A DNA stretch of 64,000 bases from an uncultured Thermoleophilaceae bacterium (GCA_963821275.1 CAWGDF010000012.1:34271-98270), one strand, 5' to 3'; positions 16,138-25,220 are shown, numbered from the stretch's first letter. Notes: generated by a model not told the origin, from the letters alone. Numbers and translations are program-made.

Positions 16138-17457
16138 CTAAAGCTCCAGCTGATCCACCTCCGCGGGCCGCGGCTCGTCGTCGTCGCCGCTGCGCACCAG
16201 CGAGTCGATCTCCTCCAGCAGCGCACGGACCCGTTCGCCCATGGCGCCCACGATGTCGTAGGCCCGGTCGATGTTGCTCTTCGCGCCGGTCAGCTGCTGC
16301 TTGATCTTCCGCTCCTCGCTCAGAGCCGCGACGGCCCGCTCGACCGCGTCGCGTACGGCGCCCGCGTCTATGCCGTCGCCCTCGCCGCGCTGCATCAGCA
16401 CGCGGGCCCGGGCCAGGCGGTAGGCCAGCTCGAGCGGCAGGGTGCCGGCCCCGGGATCGAGCGCCACCACGAGCTTGTCCCCGTTGTACTCGCGCAGCGG
16501 CTCCAGCTTGGCCGGCACCTCGCCCTCGGTGGGCACGACGAGCACGGCGAAGTCCGCGCTGCGCTCGGCCATGGCCTCGTCGAGCTCGGCGAGCGCGCGC
16601 GGTGTGCTCATGCGGCTGTCCTTCGCCTCGAACACCAGGCGGCCGCGGGCCGGCCCGGCGCAGGCGTCGACGCCCACGACCACGTCGCCGCGCTTGCCGG
16701 TGGCCTCCCTGAAGTCGCCCACGGCCTGGGCCACATCCCCCTGGGCCAGCGCAAGCTCGTCCACGGTGTCGGCCACGAGCTGCTCGAACGTGCGCCCCTT
16801 GGCGGTGCCCCGCTCCCGCTCGGCGGCCACGTCCTCGAGCTTCTCCTTCTCCAGCCGGAGGGCCTGCAGCTGCTTGTCCAGCTCCGCCATCTGGCGCTGC
16901 AGCGCCTGCTGGCTCTCGTACTGGCGCTGCTCGGCCAGCTTGAGCGCCTGGAGAGTTCCCGTCTTGAAGTCGGCCAGCGGGTTCGCCCCGTCGGCCGAGG
17001 AGAACAGGCGCATGAGGTCCTCCCGGGAGCGGGCCATCGACTCGCTGATGAGCTCGCGAACGCGGTTCTGCACCGAGGCGGAGCTGCCGTCGGAGAACAG
17101 CTTGTCCAGCTCCTTGGCCAGGTGCCCGTGCTCGGGCCCGAAGACCTGCTCCACGCGCTCGTTGAAGTACTCGGCCACCTCGCGCGCCCGGTCGGAGAAC
17201 TGGACGTTGAGCTCGGTGGCGGCGCGCTCGAACTCGGTCTTCACGTACTCGGCGTTGGCCGCGGCCTGCTCGCGGTCGAGCACGCGGGCGCCGATCTCCA
17301 CGGCGTCCCGCACGGTCTTGGCCGGGTCCTCCCCCGCCTGCTCGCGCTCGCGCACGACGCGGACGGCGCAGTCGTCGTCCACGAGGAGCCCGTCGATCGC
17401 CAGCCGGTCGCCGGTGATCCGAACCTGGGCGTGCCTGAGGGGGGTGGCTGCTTCCAT
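16138..17457 (-). CDS. coiled-coil protein with C-terminal PD-(D/E)xK-like (DUF2130-like) module
   Basis: 439 aa with normal composition. A long heptad-rich centre reads QRQYESQQALQRQMAELDKQLQALRLEKEKLEDV. It is followed by KRGDVVVGVD...GRLVFEAKDS...ADFAVLVVP, a D...E-x-K arrangement like DUF2130/RmuC-type nuclease folds. Confidence 0.7.
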   Translation of the reverse strand: MEAATPLRHAQVRITGDRLAIDGLLVDDDCAVRVVREREQAGEDPAKTVRDAVEIGARVLDREQAAANAEYVKTEFERAATELNVQFSDRAREVAEYFNERVEQVFGPEHGHLAKELDKLFSDGSSASVQNRVRELISESMARSREDLMRLFSSADGANPLADFKTGTLQALKLAEQRQYESQQALQRQMAELDKQLQALRLEKEKLEDVAAERERGTAKGRTFEQLVADTVDELALAQGDVAQAVGDFREATGKRGDVVVGVDACAGPARGRLVFEAKDSRMSTPRALAELDEAMAERSADFAVLVVPTEGEVPAKLEPLREYNGDKLVVALDPGAGTLPLELAYRLARARVLMQRGEGDGIDAGAVRDAVERAVAALSEERKIKQQLTGAKSNIDRAYDIVGAMGERVRALLEEIDSLVRSGDDDEPRPAEVDQLEL

Positions 17458-17521
17458 GAGGGTTCAGTCGCACCGTAGGGGGGCGACCTGACGGAACGCG
17501 GCAAGAATTGCGGGAGCGGGG

Positions 17522-18253
17522 TCAGCCGGGCAGCCAGGCGGCCGGGAGCGCCCGCGGCAGCCGGCCGGGGTAGCGCACCACGACCTCGCGCGAATGAGCC
17601 GCGGCGGGCCGGCCCTCGATCAGCGGCCGCAGGTCGTCCATGCTCAGCAGCAGGGCCACGCTCGTGGCGATCTGGTAGTCGGCCAGGTTGCGCTCTGGGC
17701 GGCCGATCACGCCCTCGGCGAGCAGCTCGTCCACGCGGTCGACCAGCCCGGGCAGCGCGGCGAGGTCGCGGCGCACGGCGGCGTCGTTCGCCCGGTTGAG
17801 CCGGGCCGCCAGGAACACCACGGGGGTGGCCATGCGCGCGGCCAGCGGCAGCGGGATGCCGAGCCGGGCGTCCTCGAGGTAGGTGCGGACCGTCGAGCGC
17901 TCGCGCTTCAGCGACGCCCAGACGAGCCGCCGCGCCATGGGCTGGAGCACCTCGTCGCCCCAGGACTCGGCACGCAGCACGGCATCGCGAAGCTCGGGAT
18001 CGCGGGGAACCAGCCGCGGCTCCGGGCGGAGCGCGTCGAGCGCCAGCCCGATGCGCCGGGTGCCCTGCAGGCGGGCGCCGTCGAGCCGCACCGCCGGGGC
18101 CGTCACGCCTTGGAAGCCCAGCGCCCTCAGGGCGATCCGGTGCACCCCGGCGACGAAGTCCACGCGCCGGTACTCGACCCCCTTCCGGCGCAGCATCAGC
18201 TCCGCCGCCAGGGTCGGATGCGAGGCCGGGACGCCGAAGAGTGTGGCGGGCAT
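17522..18253 (-). CDS. glutathione S-transferase family protein
   Basis: Thioredoxin-like N-terminal pattern (LFGVPASHPTLAAELMLRRKGVEYRRVD...APAVRLDG...L.GTRRIGLALD) with a helical C-terminal domain. Confidence 0.7.
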   Translation of the reverse strand: MPATLFGVPASHPTLAAELMLRRKGVEYRRVDFVAGVHRIALRALGFQGVTAPAVRLDGARLQGTRRIGLALDALRPEPRLVPRDPELRDAVLRAESWGDEVLQPMARRLVWASLKRERSTVRTYLEDARLGIPLPLAARMATPVVFLAARLNRANDAAVRRDLAALPGLVDRVDELLAEGVIGRPERNLADYQIATSVALLLSMDDLRPLIEGRPAAAHSREVVVRYPGRLPRALPAAWLPG

Positions 18254-18324
18254 GGCAGAGCGATCCTACGGCAGCCGGAGCGCTCGGAGCCGCGCACGGA
18301 CACTTGCGTTCGCGTATGCAACAC

Positions 18325-18342
18325 TTGCTTGCATGCAAGCAA
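18325..18342. promoter_or_regulatory. 18-bp perfect palindrome TTGCTTGCATGCAAGCAA, candidate MarR operator
   Basis: Every position pairs, checked base by base. The centre is the A|T of the marR ATG at 18333. It lies in the 79-nt divergent region between the GST and marR-MFS genes. Confidence 0.5.
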
Positions 18343-18794
18343 CGGGAGTGGTACCGGCCGAAGCCGAGGGGGCGCTCACCCACGACCTCACCCGGCTGAT
18401 GAAGCATCTGCTCGAGTCCACCGGGCGCGACTTCTTCGTCGCCCTGGAGGCCGCCGGCATCTCCTTCTCGCAGGTGAAGTGCCTGATGATCCTGAGCGAC
18501 GAGGCCAAGCCGGTCTCGGTCAAGGACCTCTCGGACCGGCTGGGCCTCTCCGTTCCCGCGGTCAGCCGCGCGGTCGAGGCTCTCGTCAAGCGCGGCGAGG
18601 TCAAGCGCGCCGAGGACCCGCGCGACCGCCGCAGCAAGCTGGTCTCCGTGACCGCTCGCGGGCGCCGCACCTACGAGCGCCTGCTGGAGGTGCGCCTTGC
18701 CGCCGTGGGCCGCTTCACCGCCACCCTTGAACCCGGCGAGCGTGAGGCCCTCGCCGCCGCCGTCGCCCCGATCGTCGAAAGGCTCGAGCTGTGA
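18333..18794 (+). CDS. MarR-family transcriptional regulator
   Basis: Winged-HTH pattern FSQVKCLMILSDEAKPVSVKDLSDRLGLSVPAVSRAVEALVKRGEVKRAEDPRDRRSKLVSVT. The stop overlaps the MFS start as GTGA. Confidence 0.9.
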   Translation: MQATGVVPAEAEGALTHDLTRLMKHLLESTGRDFFVALEAAGISFSQVKCLMILSDEAKPVSVKDLSDRLGLSVPAVSRAVEALVKRGEVKRAEDPRDRRSKLVSVTARGRRTYERLLEVRLAAVGRFTATLEPGEREALAAAVAPIVERLEL

Positions 18795-20377
18795 CCGACC
18801 GTATCCGCCTCAACGAGGGCAACCGCCGCTGGTGGACGCTCGGAGCGATGTGCTTCGCCCTGTTCATGATCATGCTCGACAACACCGTGGTGAACGTCGC
18901 GCTGCCGTCCATCCAGGACGACCTCGGCGCTTCGCTCTCCGGGCTCGAGTGGACCGTGAACGCCTACACGCTGACCTTCGCGGTCCTGCTCGTCACGGGT
19001 GGCCGGCTGGGGGACATCCTCGGCCGCCGGCGCATGTTCCTGTTCGGCGTCGTGGTCTTCGCGCTCTCGAGCGCGGCCATCGGTCTCGCCCCCAGCCAGG
19101 CGGCGCTTGTGGCCGGGCGTGCGATCCAGGGCGTGGGCGCGGCCTTCATGATGCCCGCCACGCTGTCCATCATCACCGTGACGTTCCCGCCCGAGGAGCG
19201 CGGCAAGGCGATCGGGACGTGGGCCGGGGTGTCGGCGCTGGCGCTCGCGATCGGGCCGGTGGTGGGCGGCGCGCTCACCGAGTACGTCTCCTGGCGGGCG
19301 ATCTTCTTCCTCAATCTTCCCGTGGCTGTGGCGGCGGTGGCGGTCACCCTGTTCGCCACCCGCGAATCGCGCGACGAGACCACCACGCATTCGATCGACT
19401 GGCCCGGGATCGCGGCGCTGTCCACGGGCCTCACTGCGCTGGTGCTCGCCCTGGTGGAGGGCAACGCCTGGGGCTGGGGATCGCCCGAGATCGTGGCGCT
19501 GCTGCTGGTGGCGGTGGCCGGGCTGGTCGGATTCGCCCTGCTCGAGCCGCGGGTCCGCGAGCCGATGGTGGAGTTCAAGCTGTTCCGCTCGCGCACCTTC
19601 CTGGGCGCGAACGCGGTGGCCTTCATCGTCTCGTTCGCGATGTTGGCGATCTTCTTCTTCGTCGCCCTCTATATGCAGAACCTGCTGGGCTACTCGCCGG
19701 TCGAGGCCGGGGTGCGCTTCCTCCCGACGACGCTCATGATCGTGCTGGTCGCGCCGATCGCCGGGCGGCTCGCCGACCGCGTCGGGCCCCGTCCCCTGAT
19801 CGTCACCGGGCTGACGCTCACCACCATCGCCCTGTTGATCCAGACCCGCATCGACGTCGATACCGGGTACGGCCTGCTGTTGCCGTCGTTTGTGATCATG
19901 GGCGTCGGCATCGCCCTGGTCATGTCCCCGATGTCAACGGCCGCGATGAACTCCGTGGTGGCCCAGAAGGCCGGCGTGGCCTCGGGCATCCTCTCGATGA
20001 GCCGCATGGTGGGCGCCACCTTCGGCGTCGCGGCGATCGGAGCGTTGTTCCAGCACCTGGCGAGCTCCAGCCTGCGGGACTCGCTCGCGGGCCTGCCCGT
20101 CAGCGCCGCGCAGCGGGAGGCGCTGCTGGACAACCTCGGCTCGGGCCAGGCCGCGGACGCGCTGCGTGGCCTCGACCCCGCGATCGCCCAGCGCGTCCAG
20201 GAGGCTGGGAACGAGGCTTTCATACACGCCCTCTCCAACGGGATGTGGCTCTCCGCCGCCATGGCCGCGGCCGGCGTGGTGATCGCGTTCGTCTGCATCG
20301 CACCGCTCCGCAGCGAGCGGCCCGACGCCGAGGAGCGCCCGGCCGCCGCGGGCGAGGCGGAAGCGGTGTCCGCCTGA
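18791..20377 (+). CDS. MFS transporter, DHA2 (EmrB/QacA, 14-TMS) drug:H+ antiporter family
   Basis: FMIMLDNTVVNVALPSIQDDLGAS...GRLGDILGRRRMF are DHA2 signature blocks. The protein is 528 aa and very hydrophobic. Confidence 0.9.
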   Translation: MTDRIRLNEGNRRWWTLGAMCFALFMIMLDNTVVNVALPSIQDDLGASLSGLEWTVNAYTLTFAVLLVTGGRLGDILGRRRMFLFGVVVFALSSAAIGLAPSQAALVAGRAIQGVGAAFMMPATLSIITVTFPPEERGKAIGTWAGVSALALAIGPVVGGALTEYVSWRAIFFLNLPVAVAAVAVTLFATRESRDETTTHSIDWPGIAALSTGLTALVLALVEGNAWGWGSPEIVALLLVAVAGLVGFALLEPRVREPMVEFKLFRSRTFLGANAVAFIVSFAMLAIFFFVALYMQNLLGYSPVEAGVRFLPTTLMIVLVAPIAGRLADRVGPRPLIVTGLTLTTIALLIQTRIDVDTGYGLLLPSFVIMGVGIALVMSPMSTAAMNSVVAQKAGVASGILSMSRMVGATFGVAAIGALFQHLASSSLRDSLAGLPVSAAQREALLDNLGSGQAADALRGLDPAIAQRVQEAGNEAFIHALSNGMWLSAAMAAAGVVIAFVCIAPLRSERPDAEERPAAAGEAEAVSA

Positions 20378-20426
20378 CCTGTGCGCAGGTAGCATCCGCG
20401 GCCGTGGCAGAGACCGTGGAGGGTGC

Positions 20427-21683
20427 ATGGCCGTTGACGTGAGCAAGGTGTCGGAGCTCGAGGTCGAGCCCGGCACGCTGCCGGAGACGATGGCCGCCTG
20501 GGTCATCCGCGAGGAGCGCCTCGGCGAGCCCCGGGACGCCTTCCAGCTCGAGGAGGTCGAGGTGCCGGAGCCCGGCGCGTTCGAGGTGATCGTGCGGGTG
20601 CTGGCCGCCGGGGTGAACTACAACAACGTCTGGGCGGCGCTCGGCGAGCCCGTGTCGGTCATGCGCTACGGCGATCATCCCGACTGGGGCCACCACATCG
20701 GAGGCTCGGACGCCTCGGGCGTGGTGTGGAAGGTGGGCCCCGGCGTCACCCGCTGGAAGCCGGGCGACGAGGTCGTGATCCACTGCAACATGGCCTCCTA
20801 CGAGGACAAGGAGGTCCACGGGCTCGACCCGCTGGCCGCTCCCTCGCAGATGATCTGGGGCTACGAGACCACCTGGGGCTCGTTCGCCCAGTTCACCAAG
20901 GTGCAGGCCCAGCAGCTGCTCCCCAAGCCGCAGAACCTCACCTGGGACGAGGCGGCCTCCTACGGGCTCGTGTATTTCACGGCCTACAGGATGCTTGTCA
21001 CCCAATGCCGGCTACAGCCCGGCATGCGCGTCCTGATCTGGGGCGCCGCCGGCGGGCTCGGCGTGTTCGCCACCCAGCTCTGCAAGATCGCCGGCGCCCA
21101 CGCCGTCGGCGTGGTCTCCTCGGCCGAGAAGGGTGAGCTGGTCAAGCAGCTGGGCGCCGTCGACTACATCGACCGCAGCGAGTTCGCCGGGATGATGCGC
21201 CATGGTGGCGAGACCCCCGACGAGGAGAAGGAGCGCTTCAAGGTCGCGCGCGGCTTCGACAAGCGGGTGAGGGAGATCCTGGGCGAAAAGCCGGACATCG
21301 TGTTCGAGCACGTGGGCCAGGCCACGTTCCCCACGTCGGTGTTCGTGGTCAAGCCGTTCGGGAAGGTCGTGATCTGCGCCGGCACCACCGGCTACAACCT
21401 CGACTTCGACGTCCGCTACCTGTGGATGCGCCAGAAGCAGATCATCGGGTCGCACTTCGCCAACGCCTACGAGTGCAACAAGGCCAACGAGCTGATCGAG
21501 TCGGGCCAGATCCGGCCGGTGCTGTGGCGGACCCTCGGCTTCGAGGGCGTGCCCGAGGCTCACCAGCTGATGCGCGACAACCAGCACTTCGGCAAGATCG
21601 CGATCCTGGTGGGCGCCGAGGACGAGGGGCAGGGCAGGAGCACGGAGGGCCTGGGGGCCATCCGCGCGGAGGTGGGCGCATGA
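20427..21683 (+). CDS. ccr: crotonyl-CoA carboxylase/reductase
   Basis: 418-aa MDR-family enzyme with AAGVNYNNVWAALGEP, IWGYETTWGSFAQFTKVQAQQLLPKP and WGAAGGLGVFATQL, which are typical of Ccr. Confidence 0.88.
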   Translation: MAVDVSKVSELEVEPGTLPETMAAWVIREERLGEPRDAFQLEEVEVPEPGAFEVIVRVLAAGVNYNNVWAALGEPVSVMRYGDHPDWGHHIGGSDASGVVWKVGPGVTRWKPGDEVVIHCNMASYEDKEVHGLDPLAAPSQMIWGYETTWGSFAQFTKVQAQQLLPKPQNLTWDEAASYGLVYFTAYRMLVTQCRLQPGMRVLIWGAAGGLGVFATQLCKIAGAHAVGVVSSAEKGELVKQLGAVDYIDRSEFAGMMRHGGETPDEEKERFKVARGFDKRVREILGEKPDIVFEHVGQATFPTSVFVVKPFGKVVICAGTTGYNLDFDVRYLWMRQKQIIGSHFANAYECNKANELIESGQIRPVLWRTLGFEGVPEAHQLMRDNQHFGKIAILVGAEDEGQGRSTEGLGAIRAEVGA

Positions 21684-22009
21684 TCCTGGTCGAGATCCGC
21701 TGGCCGATCAACCCGTTCCGGGGCGACAAGTTCGCCGAGGGCTGGGCTCCCGCCGCCGAGGCGGTGCTCGACTACGGCGCCACCCAGTGGGAGTTCCGCC
21801 GGGCGCTCGACGGCCGGCTCGACTTCGTCCAGACCGCGATGTTCCCGACCAAGAAGGACTTCGAGCGCTACTGGTACTCGGAGGAGATCGCCGAGAAGCG
21901 CGTGGAGATGGCCGGCGCCTACCAGGTGCCGCTGCTACCCACCTTCTGGGAGATCGTGGATGCCGGCGTCTCGCACGAACTCAGCCCTGCTCCAGGGGAG
22001 CCATCGTGA
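21680..22009 (+). CDS. hypothetical small protein (109 aa) translationally coupled to ccr
   Basis: The ATG at 21680 overlaps the ccr stop (ATGA). MILVEIRWPINPFRGDKFAEGWAPAAEAVLDYGATQWEFRR... has normal composition. The 3' end overlaps convergent clpS by 29 nt. Confidence 0.6.
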   Translation: MILVEIRWPINPFRGDKFAEGWAPAAEAVLDYGATQWEFRRALDGRLDFVQTAMFPTKKDFERYWYSEEIAEKRVEMAGAYQVPLLPTFWEIVDAGVSHELSPAPGEPS

Positions 22010-22274
22010 GCCCCGCGTCCTTCAGCTGCTCCCAGTAGAGCTCCGCGGGCTCGCGCGCGCCGCTCCAGACGATGGCCCGGCCGCTGTTGTGGATGGTGTT
22101 GGCCATCGCCATCCCCTGGTCGTAGCTCACGCCGGGGAGCACCTGGGACAGCGCCTGGGCCACGCCCTCGAAGGTGTTGTGGTCGTCGTTGAGGACGATC
22201 ACGCGCCAGTGCCCGCCGACGCCGGTCCCGGGCCCGCCGGTGCGCGGCAGCTCGACGGTCTCGGCGGTGGTCAT
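21981..22274 (-). CDS. clpS: ATP-dependent Clp protease adaptor ClpS
   Basis: WRVIVLNDDHNTFEGVAQALSQVLPGVSYDQGMAMANTIHNSGRAIVW is the ClpS core. The protein is 97 aa. Confidence 0.9.
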   Translation of the reverse strand: MTTAETVELPRTGGPGTGVGGHWRVIVLNDDHNTFEGVAQALSQVLPGVSYDQGMAMANTIHNSGRAIVWSGAREPAELYWEQLKDAGLTMAPLEQG

Positions 22275-23101
22275 CCGGCCTTCTTCCTCCAGTAGCGCTC
22301 CAGACCCTGGTAGAGCTGGTCGGGCGGCATGGCCTGCTCGTAGATCTCCGTCGTCGCCGGGTCGGTGGCATCGCGCACGCGGTCCTCGATGCCGGCGATG
22401 AAGCGCTCCTCGCCCTCGAGCCGAGCCCGGTCGGCGGCGTCCATCAGGGCGGTACGCACCCGGTGGAGCTGATCGGCGACGTCGTTCACCTGGCCGAAGT
22501 GGGTCAGCCTCAGCGACTGCGGGTTCCAGGCGGCGATCGTGTGAAGCGAGTCGAGCCAGGCCTCCACGTCGATGTCCGGGGGCGGCGTTGGGGCCAGCGT
22601 GAACTCGTGGGGCGGGATGCGCACGCCCGCCATGTCGCCCACATAGGCGTCGCGTGATTCCTCGTGCAGGTAGGAGACGTGATGTGAGGCGTGGCCGGGT
22701 GTGTGGGCCACGCGGAAGCCCTCAACCACCTCGCCGCCGGCGAGCCGGCGGATGCGCTCCTCCGGGACGGGAGCCACCTCGCCCCACAGCTCCTCCATGG
22801 CGTCGCCGTACAGGCGACGGGTGCTCGTCAGCAGCTTCGAGGGATCGATCAGATGCGGGGCGCCCAGCTCGTGCACGTAGACGATCAGCTCGGGATAGCG
22901 GCGGCAGAGTACCCCCGCGCCTCCCGCATGGTCGAGATGGATGTGGGTCAGCAGCAGCGCACGCGGAACCGTGGCGCCCAGCCGGTCCTGCAGCGTGTCC
23001 AGGCATGACGCCGGTCCCGGGTCGACGACCAGGCCATCCACCTCGTAGGCGCAGATCACACGGTCCCGCCCGAGGTGCAGCACGTCAATCGCACGGCTCA
23101 C
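22271..23101 (-). CDS. MBL-fold metallo-hydrolase
   Basis: The GTG at 23101 gives VSRAIDVLHLG.... It carries LLLTHIHLDHAGG, the HxHxDH motif. The stop overlaps the clpS start (ATGA). Confidence 0.85.
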   Translation of the reverse strand: MSRAIDVLHLGRDRVICAYEVDGLVVDPGPASCLDTLQDRLGATVPRALLLTHIHLDHAGGAGVLCRRYPELIVYVHELGAPHLIDPSKLLTSTRRLYGDAMEELWGEVAPVPEERIRRLAGGEVVEGFRVAHTPGHASHHVSYLHEESRDAYVGDMAGVRIPPHEFTLAPTPPPDIDVEAWLDSLHTIAAWNPQSLRLTHFGQVNDVADQLHRVRTALMDAADRARLEGEERFIAGIEDRVRDATDPATTEIYEQAMPPDQLYQGLERYWRKKAG

Positions 23102-23127
23102 GGGTGCCCGACCATACAATTCTCCTG

Positions 23128-25116
23128 ATGGTCGAGCATCGCCTCCCCGAGCGAGATCGCCCTTGGGTGATGCGCACCTATGCAGGACATTCGACGGCCC
23201 GCGAGTCGAACGAGCTCTACCGCAGGAACCTGGCCAAGGGGCAGACGGGCCTCTCGGTCGCCTTCGACCTCCCCACCCAGACCGGTTACGACCCCGACGC
23301 CGAGCTGGCACGCGGAGAGGTCGGAAAGGTGGGCGTGTCGATCGCCCACAAGGGGGACATGCACATCCTTCTCGACGGCATCCCGCTGGACGAGATGAAC
23401 ACCTCGATGACGATCAACGCCACCGCCGCGTGGCTGCTGGCCCTCTACATGACCGTGGCCGAGGAGAACGGCGTGGAGCGGCACTCGCTCCAGGGCACGA
23501 CCCAGAACGACATCATCAAGGAGTTCCTCTCCCGCGGCACCTACGCCTTCCCGCCCGAGCCCTCGATGCGGCTGATCGCGGACATGATCGCCTTCACCGT
23601 CGAGGAGGTGCCGCGCTGGAACCCGATCAACATCTGCTCCTACCACCTCCAGGAGGCGGGGGCCACGCCGGTCCAGGAGATCGCCTACGCGCTGTCCACC
23701 GCCCAGGCCGTGCTGGACCGCGTGCGCCAGCGGGTGCCCGAGCACACCTTCCCGCGCGTGTTCGGCCGCATCTCGTTCTTCGTCAACGCGGGCATCCGGT
23801 TCGTGGAGGAGCACGCGAAGCTGCGCGCGATGGGCCGGCTCTGGGAGGAGCTCGGCCGTGAGCGCTACGGGGTGGACGAGGAGCGCTACCTGCGCTTCCG
23901 CTACGGCGTGCAGGTGAACTCGCTCGGCCTCACCGAGGCGCAGCCCGAGAACAACATCATCCGGATCGTGCTGGAGGCGCTGGCGGTCACCATGGGACGC
24001 TCGGCGCGGGCGCGGGCCCTGCAGCTGCCGGCCTGGAACGAGGCGCTCGGGCTGCCGCGGCCCTGGGACCAGCAGTGGTCGCTGCGCATCCAGCAGATCC
24101 TCGCCTACGAGACCGACCTGCTCGAGTACCCCGACCTCTTCGAGGGCTCGAAGGTGATGGACGGGCTCACCGAGGAGATGATCGAGGGCGCGCGGGAGGA
24201 GATGGCGATCGTGGCCGAGCGCGGCGGCGCGGTCGACGCGGTGCCCTACATGAAGACCCAGCTGGTGGAGTCCAACCGCGAGCGGGTGCGCCGGATCGAG
24301 GCGGGTGAGCTGCGGATGGTGGGTCAGAACGTGTTCACCGAGACCGAGCCGTCACCGCTGCAGGAGGGAGAGGACGGGGGGATTCTGCGGGTGGATCCGG
24401 CCGTCGAGGCCTCTGCCATCTCCGCCCTGGGTGAGTGGCGCTCCGCTCGCGATGAGGCTGCCGTTCGGACCGCGCTCGATGAGCTGGGTAGGGCGGCTGC
24501 CGATCCGGACGTCAACGTCATGCCGTTTACGCTCGCCGCGGCTCGGGCGGGGGCCACCACCGGTGAGTGGGCCGCCGTGCTGCGGGAGGCCTTCGGCGAG
24601 TACCGCGCGCCCACCGGGGTGGGCGGGGCCGGCGCCGCCGTGTCCGATTCGGCTCTGGCCGAGCTGCGCGACCGCGTCGAGCGCGTGTCCGAGGCCCTGG
24701 GGCGGCGGTTGAAGATCCTGGTCGGCAAGCCCGGACTCGACGGCCACTCCAACGGCGCCGAGCAGATCGCCGTCCGGGCACGCGACGCCGGCATGGACGT
24801 GGTCTACGAGGGCATCCGCCTAACGCCGGCGCGCATCGCCCGCACCGCGGTCGACGAGGGCGTGCACGTGGTCGGGCTCTCCATCCTCTCGGGCTCACAC
24901 GCCGAGCTGATTCCCGCCGTGCTGGCCGAGCTGGCCGACGCGGGCGTGGACGTGCCCGTCGTGGTCGGCGGGATCATCCCGCCCGCCGACGAGGAGGCCC
25001 TGCTGGCGGCCGGGGTGGCGCGCGTCTACACCCCCAAGGACTTCAAGGTCACCCGCATCATGGGCGACATCGTGGAGCTCGTGGCCGAACGTCACGGAGT
25101 TGGTGCAGTCTCGTAA
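23128..25116 (+). CDS. ecm: B12-dependent acyl-CoA mutase, single-chain MeaA/ethylmalonyl-CoA mutase type
   Basis: RPWVMRTYAGHSTARESNELYRRNLAKGQTGLSVAFDLPTQTGYDPD is followed by a fused C-terminal B12 domain with GLDGHSNG (DxHxxG). The Ecm assignment rests on this motif style plus ccr/meaB neighbours. The family call is firm; the substrate call is moderate. Confidence 0.8.
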   Translation: MVEHRLPERDRPWVMRTYAGHSTARESNELYRRNLAKGQTGLSVAFDLPTQTGYDPDAELARGEVGKVGVSIAHKGDMHILLDGIPLDEMNTSMTINATAAWLLALYMTVAEENGVERHSLQGTTQNDIIKEFLSRGTYAFPPEPSMRLIADMIAFTVEEVPRWNPINICSYHLQEAGATPVQEIAYALSTAQAVLDRVRQRVPEHTFPRVFGRISFFVNAGIRFVEEHAKLRAMGRLWEELGRERYGVDEERYLRFRYGVQVNSLGLTEAQPENNIIRIVLEALAVTMGRSARARALQLPAWNEALGLPRPWDQQWSLRIQQILAYETDLLEYPDLFEGSKVMDGLTEEMIEGAREEMAIVAERGGAVDAVPYMKTQLVESNRERVRRIEAGELRMVGQNVFTETEPSPLQEGEDGGILRVDPAVEASAISALGEWRSARDEAAVRTALDELGRAAADPDVNVMPFTLAAARAGATTGEWAAVLREAFGEYRAPTGVGGAGAAVSDSALAELRDRVERVSEALGRRLKILVGKPGLDGHSNGAEQIAVRARDAGMDVVYEGIRLTPARIARTAVDEGVHVVGLSILSGSHAELIPAVLAELADAGVDVPVVVGGIIPPADEEALLAAGVARVYTPKDFKVTRIMGDIVELVAERHGVGAVS

Positions 25117-25166
25117 CGCTGGTCACCCACGCGCGCGCCGCGGCGCGCGATCCTGGGGTGCATGGC

Positions 25167-25216
25167 GGGGGTTCCGACGAAACGTCCAATAGTTGGACGG
25201 AACGTAGGGAACCCCC
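25167..25216. repeat. nested two-tier inverted repeat (GGGGGTTCC ... CGTCCAA-tag-TTGGACG ... GGAACCCCC)
   Basis: The outer 9-bp arms are 25167-25175 and 25208-25216. The inner 7-bp arms are 25183-25189 and 25193-25199, with a 3-nt loop. The region is visibly less GC-rich than its surroundings. Confidence 0.5.
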
Positions 25217-25220
25217 TCGA

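Noticed and set aside
15932-17473. 513-aa ORF in another frame of the coiled-coil gene region
   Set aside because: It is an Arg/Gly/Ala-rich shadow ORF. The 16138..17457 frame has normal composition and recognisable features.
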